From positions 124,001 to 188,000 of the forward strand of contig CBFFSA010000014.1 of the NCBI GenBank assembly GCA_965644495.1: 64,000 nt of DNA, written 5' to 3'. Made by a program: the position numbers and the translations under genes. Below are positions 1 through 9,924 of this stretch, one piece after another (the stretch's first letter is position 1; the number at the start of each line of letters is the position of its first letter). The notes beneath the pieces are model-generated. The model saw nothing but the letters and a program-made list of their open reading frames with translations, searched no databases and was not told the DNA's origin. The DNA comes from Perkinsela sp. CCAP 1560/9 (taxonomy: Eukaryota > Protista > Euglenozoa: Kinetoplastea).

Positions 1-246
1 ACGCACTCGCGGCACAGGCACGCTTGGACGTGAAGACAACGCCCGCAACGCTCGCTTAAAGTTTAGTGGTGAGGTTGTGAACGGGAAATTAAAACGAGGG
101 GAGCACTGCGGGCATCCTCTACGTAGACTCTTGCTGGGCGTGCAAATGAACTGTAGACATGTACAGGTTAGTTTAGAGTGAAATGTTTTATAAAATGGTG
201 AAGTTTAAAAAAGTGTGAAAAATGCGCACTTCTGGGCCCTTTTAAC

Positions 247-560
247 CGCTTCCACTCCTTCACCCCTTCCTGACTCACTCCCTGGAGCGAGTGTGCTTCC
301 ATCTCTCGGCCTCTCTTCCTCCCGTTCCTGCCTTTCCGAGGAGGCAATGCGTCACGGTGGCCTCCCTTGAGGACCACTAGACGTGTCCTCCGCCGACGAG
401 ACTCTCGGCTCTCTGCACCTGGCGGTCACCCAGCTCTCTGCACCTTGGCCCTGTCGCAGCTCTCTGCACCCGGATTGCCCCCGAAACTGTAATATGGGGA
501 TTACGCATCCGGCTCTCTGCGCCTGCACGAGATATGCTTCTTTGCATTTGTTTTTGTGTA
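247..560 (+). mobile_element. Diverged relative of the structured SINE-like element (conserved head plus a short GCTCTCTGCACC repeat array)
   Basis: 247-385 aligns to the reverse complement of 2573-2709 (shared core ATGCGYCAYGGTGGCCTCCCTTGAGSACCACTRGRCGTG). GCTCTCTGC(ACC) occurs at 408, 433, 459 and 512. The right boundary is approximate. Confidence 0.6.
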
Positions 561-1575
561 GGAATGGCATGGAATGGTACCGTTTTCCCCCCTTTTGCTA
601 AATAGAATTCAGACGGCTGTGGCGCTTATCTCCTTCGCTGAGCATGGGTTGGCTTACCAAGGTCAATAAGTAAAAAGGATATCGGTTGGAGATAAACGAA
701 GTGCGACGCTTGCCACCTCCGTGGCATTAAGTGGAGATATAAATTTATTACCTCCCTAGGTAATCTGGAATGGTAATGAGATCCACAAAAGTTCTTGTGT
801 TAAGAACACAGTTCAGTAATAAACACAGAACCATTACATACAAGTGTAAGTACCGGGGCACTCAAGCACTGCAACTGTACTTCTCAACGATATTAAAGCA
901 CTGTCATGAAACAAGCATCAAGGACTTGAACCTTTCCATGAGCACATCAATATGTCTTCTCGTAGTTGAATAGAAACTCGAAATCCGGTAATTTCTGAGT
1001 GCAACTCCGAAGGCTTTAAGTGTAGTACCCCTTTCATTGGTGAAGTCCAATGATCGGAAAAAAGGCGCGCTCTCAACCGGGTCATGTGTCTAATGGAAAC
1101 GAATGAAGAGTTAGTCAGACCATCCCTTTCGGATACGAAAATGCATATACATGTACATACATGAGATTCAAAAAACAACAATATCAAAGAATACTTTGTA
1201 TTGCATTCAAAGGTAGGTACGGATTCTGTGACATGTTATTTCCGACCATAGGCCTACACGAGAGAGTAAAAAAAGAGAGTAAAAAAATGGAAAATGATGA
1301 GAATTGAAAAAAATTGGACTGTGCATTGAAGATTTAGTTCAAATATCAAAATTGACGCGTATTAAATCCGTAATATTCCATAATAAATATGGAATAAGTT
1401 GTACGGAAATGTCTATTTTGCTTCGATTTTAGGGGCCGTATTTCTTGATTTGAATCTTCTTGCTTAATGCTTCGTTAATGCTTATAAAATAGGTTAAAAA
1501 ACACTTTATTTGCACTCAATGTTCCTTTGTTCTGTCAATGGGTTATGGTACAATCGAACGTTGTAAAAGAAAAAA

Positions 1576-2184
1576 GGGTAACCGGCACTATAAATGTAGG
1601 TTAAAATCCATTTTTTTCTGATGATTTTTTTCCGCTCGAAAAAACTTTTACGTGACTTTTTAAAATGTTTCCACTCATACTCATGACGTTCCAACTTATA
1701 TTTCAATGCTTGGAATACTCAATGGACCGCCCAGGATATGCTACATTGGTCTACTACATTGGTCTACTTGGTATTGGTGACCTGTAAAAAGGATAAGGTG
1801 CGCTCCCAGACACTCCCATCCAGTTTGAACCCTCTTGGAAGCCACCACGGCTACCCCCTTCGCGTTGAGAACTGTTTCCGCGTTTAATGAAGAGACTAAA
1901 AAGGAAAAAATTGCGAAACGATCCAGAATAATCCAACTTTTGGTACAAATACCCGATTCTCCCCATATTTCGTATTCTCCCCATATTTCGGACGTTTTTT
2001 GGGGTCTTACCATTAGAGGTAGGGGGCACATCTGATCGAAAAAACGTGTGGTCTGGTAAGCTAAAAAAATAAATAAGAAAAGAGATCAACGAAAGATCAA
2101 AAACTTTTTCCTGAGTCCTTTTGGGCATGATTGTTCAAACAAATTTTACTTGTTTTCAACCTACATTTATAGTGCCGGTGAGCC
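1576..2184. mobile_element. Non-autonomous Merlin-type DNA transposon
   Basis: TIRs GG(GTA/CTC)ACCGGCACTATAAATGTAGGTT at both ends, with 8-bp TSD AGAAAAAA (1568-1575 and 2185-2192). GG termini plus an 8-bp TSD are typical of Merlin. Confidence 0.7.
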
Positions 2185-2324
2185 AGAAAAAAATACACAA
2201 AAAATAATTTTTTGATGTTCATGCGCTCGTTGGCGCAGAGATACAGCCCTTGATGCGACAGCCGATATCATCGGCACAATCCGTATTGACGGATGTCGCA
2301 CCAAGGGGGTTTAGCTCGGACTCT

Positions 2325-2543
2325 GTCGGTAGAGGGGGTCCAGGCAACTCGCCCTCTCTTTACGCAGCCGGAGGGGCGCACTGCAACCGACTCGGTCCCA
2401 GTCGGTAGAGGTGGTCCAGGCAACTCACCACCTCTTTACGCAGCCGGAGAGGCGCACTGCAACCGACTCGGTCCCAGTCGGTAGAGGTGGTCCAGGCAAC
2501 TCACCACCTCTTTACGCAGCCGGAGGGGCGCACTGCAACCGAC
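2325..2543. repeat. 76-nt tandem repeat, 3 units
   Basis: Units GTCGGTAGAGGTGGTCCAGGCAACTCACCACCTCTTTACGCAGCCGGAGGGGCGCACTGCAACCGACTCGGTCCCA start at 2325, 2401 and 2477. Confidence 0.95.
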
Positions 2544-2833
2544 CGCTGCCTCGCGATAAGACGAGGCAGAGCCACGCCCAGTGGTGCTCAAGGGAGGCCA
2601 CCATGGCGCATGGCTCCCCGGGAAGGAAAGGGCGCGAAGGGAAGAAAGCCGGGGAGGGAAGAAAACCCACTCAAGGAGTGAACCGGGGAGGGGCGATGGG
2701 GTGGAAGCGCGTCCCCTACTTCGCCGAGAAAGAGGGACAGTTTCGGCCTTAGTGCCGGCCGGCAGCGGGCATATAACAGTAAGACTATGCCCGTTGCCGG
2801 GGAAAGAAAAGATGAACTAAAGGGAAAATGTAC

Positions 2834-2861
2834 CAACAAGGTACAGAAACTGTATCTTTAT
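2834..2861 (-). other. Spliced-leader (mini-exon) 3' segment
   Basis: Minus strand reads ATAAAGATACAGTTTCTGTACCTTGTTG|GTAC. It contains the kinetoplastid SL core GATACAGTTTCTGTAC with the terminal TTG at the correct spacing. Confidence 0.85.
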
Positions 2862-3209
2862 TTGAAGAGTATGAGGCAAATAAACGAGATGCAGCGCACC
2901 TTCGATTTTACCAAGGCCCAAGAAAGCGTTTTTAGCTTTGGGAAAAAGTTCCACTTCATTAATGAATCTTCCCATGTACTTAAAAACGGAGGGATTCGGA
3001 TCCCATTCGAATGGTTTCTTCCAGTTTAGCTCCGATACTTCGCCTCTTTCATTGCACTTCACGTAAGCCCACTCACAGGCTGGGGTACTACTCTTCCATG
3101 ACGGATGCGGATTCGTAATATCTTGCACAAGATCCGCAAGTTCTAGTTCTTGTGGGCGATTCGCAGAACTTACCTTAGCGACACGAGGCGTGACTTCTGG
3201 AACATCCAT
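2862..3209 (-). pseudogene. LRR-family gene truncated by the SL-headed element
   Basis: Family N-cap PQE..L...HPSW....ACEWAYVKCNERGEV..LNW and first repeat LPHTLQ, after which the sequence switches abruptly into the SL. Confidence 0.8.
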
Positions 3210-3743
3210 GAGATAGAATAAATAAAAGAAGGGGTAATCTAATATTAGTATATTATATAGGGGTGTTGTATTATCCAAAAGAAGTGCTGTGTAGAAAGTA
3301 TACATACAGTGATGTTGAGCGGCATTTCTCGCTTTACAGATCGTGAATGTTCTTTGATCTCGAAGATATTTTGTGTACAACCGTTTTTCGATCCCAGCGT
3401 TCCATATCCGCTGTCCTTTTCACTCCAGTGAGTGACTTACACAAAGTGTAACAAACACAGAAAATAGGGTTATACATTTAGATGTGTTGACGCCTGGGCT
3501 CAATGATGCGAATTACGTCCCGCTTGCAGTCAAGCAGTCAAGAGGATTTTGCAAGCTTACTTCGATCTTGTTTCTTAAAAATTAGAATTGAGAATATTAT
3601 AAAATTTGAAAGATTCGATCAAAATAAAAGTTAGCCCCCGAACCCCGTAGCGCACGAAGATTTAATGATTCCTACATTTTGGGAAAAATAGGCGGTTAAA
3701 TCTTTTTGGAAGCGAAACATCCCCTGGTCATAATATTATCAAA

Positions 3744-4361
3744 TTAATAATTCAGTTCGCGACGGAGGAAATTTTTCGGGCTTTGCAGCCAGGCAAGTGA
3801 AGTGACTTGCTTCTCTCCCCACATGCGAAATAAGATGGCGAGAAACACAAAGGGGAAGGCTATTGTGTGAAACACACAGTCAAGAAGCAGCGTAAAAACG
3901 GCGAGCCCTACCCAACGTGGGTGCTGCAGAGCTATTCGCCCAAAGATAAAACACAACACCGCGGCCCCGGCCAGGAAATACGTCGGACTAAATCGCCACC
4001 GGGCCCAGTGCCAATACCGTGGCATCTCATCCAGATTTCGGGCGATCCACTCAGGGAGAAGGCGGTAGTAAAAGTGTTGAGTGTCGGAGAGTAAGTTGCG
4101 ATAACGTTTGTCATTGCTGGGGGCCTGGCTGATAAACACGTAAGCGTTGTCGACTTCTCTCATACGATTCGCGTCTCCAACACCATCCGCAGCCAGTGTG
4201 GGGTTGTACTTATTCATTAAGTCATTGTAGCGATCGCGCAGTTCCGCGGTGGAAGCCCCACGACGTAGATTCAATACGTCCCATGGGTTGTACTGCGGAC
4301 CCGTGGAGAGAAGAAGAAATTTCGAAGAACGAACTTTTGTGCAGAGTGTTCTAAGAAGCAT
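3744..4361 (-). CDS. J-domain-like membrane protein lacking HPD, probable mitochondrial presequence
   Basis: NPWDVLNL...AELRDRY..L..KYNP...MREVDNAY J-domain pattern with NPT in place of HPD. Starts MLLRTL; hydrophobic C-terminal segments. Confidence 0.8.
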   Translation of the reverse strand: MLLRTLCTKVRSSKFLLLSTGPQYNPWDVLNLRRGASTAELRDRYNDLMNKYNPTLAADGVGDANRMREVDNAYVFISQAPSNDKRYRNLLSDTQHFYYRLLPEWIARNLDEMPRYWHWARWRFSPTYFLAGAAVLCFIFGRIALQHPRWVGLAVFTLLLDCVFHTIAFPFVFLAILFRMWGEKQVTSLAWLQSPKNFLRRELNY

Positions 4362-4662
4362 AAGTAGTTTTTCAGTAAAATAAATCTAGACTCAATAATA
4401 AAAAGTGATTTTCGTGCTTAAGACATTGCGCTGTAATAATAAATTATGCCGCATGTAGGCAGGTAGAAAAACTGTATTCTGATTTACGAGATACATACCA
4501 ATCAAACTTCGTTTCAAGCAAAAGCACGCACATCACACACAAAACAAGTAATACAGAAAATAATTATTTACGAAAAATTATGAAAAAGGAAGACACTGTT
4601 TACTAAACGTTGACTTATTAACTGACTCAAAAAAGATAAAAAACGCGCCAAGCTTCCTACAT

Positions 4663-6288
4663 TTAATCTGAATCCGAATCCAATTTCGTGGACGCTTTAT
4701 TTTGCATTGGTGTCGGAGCCTGTCCGCCTCGTCCACGAGGAGCACCCCCACGGAATCCCCCACGGTCTCCCCCACGAAACCCTCCCCGATCTCCTCCCCG
4801 AAACCCTCCCCGATCTCCTCCACGAAACCCTCCCCGGTCTCCTCCTCGAAACCCTCCCCGGTCCCCTCCACGAAACCCGCCGCGATCTCCCCCACGAAAT
4901 CCACCGCGGTCACCTCCACGAAACCCACCGCGGTCTCCCCCACCTCGGAATCCCCCACGGTCTCCCCCACGGAACCCCCCACCCCGGTCCCCTCCACGAA
5001 ACCCTCCCCGGTCTCCCCCACCCCGTCCCGCAGGGGAGCCATACCCTGCACTGCTGTTCCGGCCATACCCCCCGGTGGAGGAACCCCCATGCTCATTTCG
5101 ATCGTTCCGCGATCGGTGAAACGGCGAAGGCGTCTCCCCCTCTCCCTGACCCCGAGCAACCTTCCCCGAGGCGCCGCCGTGGTCCTCCTCGGTCTCACGA
5201 CTCCGTTTCTTGATCATCATTTGTTGTTGTTGTTGTTGTTGTTTCTGTGTTTCTTCATTACTCTCCCCCGAGGATTCACTGTCCTCCTCGGTACCCCGTG
5301 CCACAGCCTCGGTGGCGGTACGTGGGGGTGGGCGCGCCCCGGAGTGCGCTCCCTGATGTTTACGCATAAACGGGTCGTACCCCTCCCCACTCTCATCCGT
5401 GCTCCCGCTACTCTCCGAGTCACTCGGGAGTGCGGGCATAGGGGAGCGGCCAGCTCCTTTAGTAGCGTGTTGTTGCTGGCTTACCTTTGACACGGATGGG
5501 GAAGCCGAAGTGGAAGAAGACACGCCTTGGGCGTTCTTGTGGCTCTTCTTGTTGTTCGTATCCCCGGCAGGTCGGGGAAGGGAGTCGGAGAGGTCACTGT
5601 CACTTTCACTACCGCTGGGGGAGGGTAGCTTGGGGAGGGGGGTGGTTCGTTTTGTCGTTTGTGGGTGTACCGTCCCTTTTTTCTTTTCAGTTTTCCCCCC
5701 CTCACTGGAGGAGAGATCACTGGAGAGGTGATCGCTGTCATGGTCCAGTTTCGGCAGCGGGGTGGGTTTGGAGGGGGTTGGTTTTTGAGCCGGGCTTCGC
5801 GTGAGACGTGGCTTCACGGGGGGGAGGTCACTCTCGGAGCTGTCGTCGGAGTCCGGGGAGGGGGGGAGACGTGCGGGGGGTTTCTTGTGGGAGGGTTTGG
5901 CTGCGGAGGACCCGGGGGAGGGGTGCGGGGGCTTTGCCGCGACGGGGAGTGTGGGCTTACGAGATACCGGAGGCAAGACCGCGTCGGAAAGATCGCTGGA
6001 GTCTTCCGGAGCGGCGGGGGCTCGCGGTGGGATTGGTTTTGTGCGAGGCTGGGGCTTGTCACGGGAGTGGGCTTTGGGCTCCGCGCGCGGACTGGGTTTG
6101 GGTAGAGAAGCCGCCGGGAGTCGCGGGGAGGGTTGGGTCTTCTTGGAACTCGTCTTCGGAAACAACTGAGAGGAAAGCGCCACAATGTTCGGTGAAGTTT
6201 TTTCTACCGCCCGAACCACCTCGTGGAGCTGCGCATTCACACTGTACTTGTAGAAATAAGCCTCCAGAAATTCGTTACGGTCAGGCAT
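4663..6288 (-). CDS. Nopp140-like nucleolar protein with C-terminal GAR/RGG domain (NoLP-like)
   Basis: Short LisH-like N-terminus, alternating acidic-Ser and Pro/Lys tracts, about 11 GGFRGGDR repeats, and a TKLDSDSD end. Confidence 0.75.
   Translation of the reverse strand: MPDRNEFLEAYFYKYSVNAQLHEVVRAVEKTSPNIVALSSQLFPKTSSKKTQPSPRLPAASLPKPSPRAEPKAHSRDKPQPRTKPIPPRAPAAPEDSSDLSDAVLPPVSRKPTLPVAAKPPHPSPGSSAAKPSHKKPPARLPPSPDSDDSSESDLPPVKPRLTRSPAQKPTPSKPTPLPKLDHDSDHLSSDLSSSEGGKTEKKKGTVHPQTTKRTTPLPKLPSPSGSESDSDLSDSLPRPAGDTNNKKSHKNAQGVSSSTSASPSVSKVSQQQHATKGAGRSPMPALPSDSESSGSTDESGEGYDPFMRKHQGAHSGARPPPRTATEAVARGTEEDSESSGESNEETQKQQQQQQQMMIKKRSRETEEDHGGASGKVARGQGEGETPSPFHRSRNDRNEHGGSSTGGYGRNSSAGYGSPAGRGGGDRGGFRGGDRGGGFRGGDRGGFRGGGDRGGFRGGDRGGFRGGDRGGFRGGDRGGFRGGDRGGFRGGDRGGFRGGDRGGFRGGDRGGFRGGAPRGRGGQAPTPMQNKASTKLDSDSD
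4745..5015. repeat. Coding ~24-nt tandem repeat (GGFRGGDR)
   Basis: Repeated CCACGAAACCCTCCCCGRTCTCCY-type units. Confidence 0.9.
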
Positions 6289-6546
6289 TACGTTAAGAAA
6301 ATGTGCGTTTTTAGAAATGATTCTATAAATATGACTCCAAAAAATGATCTTTAGTGCATCTTACGCACGAAAATAGCATGGCTAAAATGGGAACTGCTTA
6401 AGGCAAGAGGTCTTATACCTTTAGATAGACTGATCAATGAATACTGCGTCTTGATAAAAGCGTATATTGCCATGGTTGCATAAATACTGCTCGACCCTCG
6501 ATTATTGAAAAAAGAATATACACATGTAAACAAAAACAGTGAAAAC

Positions 6547-6921
6547 GGTGAAAGGGAACCGGTCTTGCGCCAAAATTTAAATTTTTCGAAAAAGAGTCAT
6601 AATTATTCTAAAGAGTCATTTTGAAGCAAATACATCAGTTTGTCTGATACTTTTCCACCTTTTTGGCGACTTTGGACATAAATTGTCGGCAGTGCGCTTA
6701 TTTTTCTTGTACCGACAACTGGTCATACACAGTTTTGGCAGCGATAAGCGAAAGGGACATTATGTAATGGCTATTGGACCACAAGCTTGTATACCAACGT
6801 GTAGAGTGTGCTAAAAGCCTTGAGCCGAGTAAAGTAGAACATTCAATTAGTGATGAGAAAAGAAGAAAAAAAGTAAGACTTCTTGGTATTTTTTTTGGCG
6901 CAAAACCGGTTCCCTTTGACC
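6547..6921. mobile_element. Non-autonomous Merlin-type element
   Basis: TIRs GGT(G/C)AAAGGGAACCGGT(C/T)TTGCGCCAAAA with a perfect 8-bp TSD GTGAAAAC (6539-6546 and 6922-6929). Confidence 0.8.
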
Positions 6922-6952
6922 GTGAAAACATAAAGAGGAATACAGCAATATA

Positions 6953-7010
6953 CTGTGACCCCCCTTTATACTTCGTTTTTTCGTGTGATCCCCCCGAGGG
7001 GTCCGAGTTT
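6953..7010. mobile_element. Solo terminus of a pogo/Tc2-like element (same family as 43602-44590)
   Basis: TA|CTGTGACCCCCCTTTATACTTCG matches the ends of 43602-44590. Confidence 0.6.
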
Positions 7011-7779
7011 TTTTAAATTTTCGTAAATTTTACAACACAAATTATGAAGAAGGTTCTAAATATTCATATTAGCTTCCGAACACATTTTTGTCGATATTTT
7101 CCCACATATTTTTGTGATGTGCCCATGATAGCACGTGGTAGAATCACAGTGACTTGATAGCGAAAGTTGCGACGAAGTTATCTTAGATCCAATGACTACA
7201 TATCCTTGGGAATGGAAAGGTGATGGAGACAAAATTAAACACTCAAAAGTGGGGTCCAGGAAAAGAAGAAAAGATAATTCTTCTGTTCTCAGCAGCGAAA
7301 AGTCGCCACACGAGACGTTTCAAAGCTCAAAAAAAATTGAAAAGTGCGCACCCAGGACACGAAACTGTTTCTTCTCCGTCTTCTTGTTTCAAACAGAGCG
7401 AAAAGGTTTACTCCATGCTTCACGAGACATGCTCTCATGGAATCGAACAGGCAAACTCTAAACACATATTAATTGACTCGGACGAGAAGGATTTTTCACA
7501 CTTCGACGAAGAAAAGACAAGAGTCGAGTGGAAAAAACTTCAACGCTGGGGTCGTATGATACCGGATACCTCGTGTTCACGAGTTTTAAGGCTCTACAAT
7601 GACTACCATTCGTCGGAAAATATTTTCAGTCGAAAAATATCGAGTTTAGAGTCTAAAGAGACTGGAGTTTCGATAGGAGAACGAGACCTATCAAACGCGA
7701 TTAAAATGAGCGAAAATGCGAAACATATGATTTCTTAAAAAAGAAAAAATGTAAAAAAAGTGGAGAGTTCCAGAAAAAT

Positions 7780-7935
7780 GGTATCCAAAAACCATGTCTT
7801 TTGGACCCAGGGGGCCTCCATGAAAAAAAGGCTGCCAAGCTCTTCGCTAGGACAACAAGATCTCTCAAATATTACAAAGATGAGTAAAGACCGGATAAAA
7901 AAGTAAACTTTCAGCGAGGGGGGGCAAGATTTCTG
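7780..7935 (-). repeat. Dispersed repeat (related copies at 23290-23450 and 48875-49000)
   Basis: Shared TTTTTTATCCG...AGATCT...GAGCTT...CCCCCTGGGTCCAAAA pattern; probably subterminal TE sequence. Confidence 0.55.
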
Positions 7936-8034
7936 TATCAGAGAAAAAAGTTCGGGTCAAAATGGGTGAAAATGTACCAGAATAGGGTAATTTCTTGTTT
8001 CGTTTCTCCATTTCATGCCAAAGAAGCGTTAAAC

Positions 8035-8480
8035 CTACGTTACGGGCTTTAAAGCAGTATTCTCCCCCATGGCTATGGGTCTATATGAGGAGTGGTGTCC
8101 GGCCGGGGCGTCCGGTTTAGTAAATAGTTTCAGGGCCACCCCTGTTAGTAGCTCCCTCATAGAGGGGGGGAGGGAGTTAGTCACTATGCCCTGGATTATC
8201 CACGTAACACAATCCCGGGGTCCCTCCTCCAAGAGGACTGGGATCAGAAGCTCCTTGGTCCATCCCGTGGGACCAGGGGCACGGAGAGGTGCCAGGCTTT
8301 GGGCCTTCCTGGCCACGTCCGCTGGGGAAGGTAGAGGGCCGTGACGGTCTTTATTGTATTGGAATAGCCCCGCAGTGTAGGGCCCTCCCGTGGGGTGGAG
8401 TCGCTTCGCCTGTTCTAGAGCGGCCTGGGGGTTGGCAGGGGGGTTAAGAGGTGCCTCGAGGGTTTTAGCAGCTCTCGAGA
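8035..8480 (-). mobile_element. Fragment of a CRE/SLACS-clade non-LTR retrotransposon (RT domains 0-2)
   Basis: RAAKTL...KRLHP upstream, then APGPTGWTKELL...LFTKP...YRPIAMGE; truncated. Confidence 0.7.
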
Positions 8481-8924
8481 AGCATTAATGTTAGTTTGAA
8501 CGTCTTAAAGAGTCTTTATATACGCAATTCTGCTGCGAAAGCCAATGGAAAAAGAAAAATAGCAAAAACAAATCTGGTAGTAAATTTTCATTCTTTGGTA
8601 CATTCTCGCCCAACATTATACAAAAGTTCTTTGCAGTATTCATGTGTAATACATACAATGTAGTATTCATGTGTATACTAAGTGTGATTCCACTGATTCT
8701 ACATCAAAACAACTACACTACACAGGAGGAGAGTATAAAATAACTATATTGCACGAGAAAGTACTACTACACAGAAAACCATAAAATACAAATGTGTTTA
8801 TGTACCTTATATACATAACCTTACGTATCTTTCTTTATGTATTACATGAAGATAAAAATACATAAATTTTACCACAATTTTATCCATAATTATTTCGACC
8901 CGTCTTCTATATTTTATGATAATT

Positions 8925-9560
8925 TTAATCGGCCTGTATGGTGCTAACTGTGATCGAAGTTCTCTCAAACTCATAGTTTTGCAACGATGCCGGCAAAACA
9001 TTCGGCATTATAGTCCCGTATAAACCATTGTTCCACTGCAAATGAAGTACAGAAAGCCAAGGTGGAAGGGAATGAAATTCAACAAGTCCACTGAAATTAT
9101 TGTGGTTTAGACGCAAGTCTTCTAAAGACTCAGGGAGTTGAACCAAGTTTACATTCCCGTAAAAGAGGTTGTTACCTAAGTCAAACTTGATGAGCCTTGG
9201 AGGCAACTTGTCAAAAGGTACCGTTCCCTCAAAGAAATTTTCAAGTTCGCCACAGTAAAATACGATGTCCGCAAGATTTAGTTCGAGTAAGGTTTGGGGA
9301 AGATCCTGGAAAGCGACTGTGCCTTTTAAACCCTCGCCAGGCCAACTAATTGAAGTGATCTCTCCGTGCTCTTCGCATTTTACACCTTTCCATGTAGAGA
9401 CAGGCTTATCAACCTTCCACGAAATGTCTGGATTTTGTATTCCTTGGATAACCTTTTCCATTACCAACTCTTGTGGAAGAGTGAACCGGCGGGCCTTCCC
9501 CAGAATGGTAGACTTGACCTCTGCATCTGCACCTTTTACAAAGTTTAAACACCCGTTCAT
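8925..9560 (-). CDS. Leucine-rich repeat protein (tandem paralogue)
   Basis: N-cap W.GV.C...GEI..I.W and LP..L..L.L..N.F.G repeats; near-identical to 9925-10554. Confidence 0.9.
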   Translation of the reverse strand: MNGCLNFVKGADAEVKSTILGKARRFTLPQELVMEKVIQGIQNPDISWKVDKPVSTWKGVKCEEHGEITSISWPGEGLKGTVAFQDLPQTLLELNLADIVFYCGELENFFEGTVPFDKLPPRLIKFDLGNNLFYGNVNLVQLPESLEDLRLNHNNFSGLVEFHSLPPWLSVLHLQWNNGLYGTIMPNVLPASLQNYEFERTSITVSTIQAD

Positions 9561-9924
9561 GAATACTGATCAAGATATTGATATGCTAAGTAGGCTATGG
9601 AAAACAGAAATGCTGCATATTTGTGAGCTTTATTTCTAAAGCATGAGGCAATACAATGTAGCTAAAAATGTCAAATACAGAGGGCAAGCTAAATTTGATT
9701 CACCTTAAACATACATCATATACACATGGGTATGATTTAACATAATTTTATGGTTCATGCAGTAAACTGCAGATATTAAGGCAGAAAACGATAGGGAGTT
9801 TCCCCGTTAGTGCGCCTAAAACGCACTTTATTCTTTGGCTTGATCGGCTGACTAAAACGTAAAAAAACAAATTTAAAAATATATGAATTGGCATGCTTCC
9901 CCTAGTTTCTTACGGGAATTCACC

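Larger units (their letters stand above)
2208..2861 (-). mobile_element. SL-headed, non-coding, structured SINE-like retroposon
   Basis: Begins with a spliced-leader segment (2834-2861), followed by a pyrimidine tract with AG, a chain of hairpins, three 76-nt tandem units and a terminal three-way junction, ending CATGAACATC-A6. It truncates an LRR gene. A second copy lies at 49053-49354. Confidence 0.75.

Noticed and set aside
408-523. GCTCTCTGCACC repeats with unique spacers resembling a mini CRISPR array
   Set aside because: Repeats (~12-14 nt) and spacers (~11 nt) are too short, there are no cas genes, and the context is eukaryotic; treated as the repeat module of the structured element.
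2735-2770. Minus-strand GGCC-GGCACTAA-GGCC-GAAAC resembling hammerhead stem II plus GAAA
   Set aside because: No CTGANGA box upstream (CTGCC instead) and no compatible stem III/UH site.
4455-4485. Degenerate SL-like AATACAGTTTTTCTACC upstream of the J-protein (a similar sequence lies at 20656-20675)
   Set aside because: Too many mismatches; explained by ordinary CAG acceptor plus pyrimidine context.
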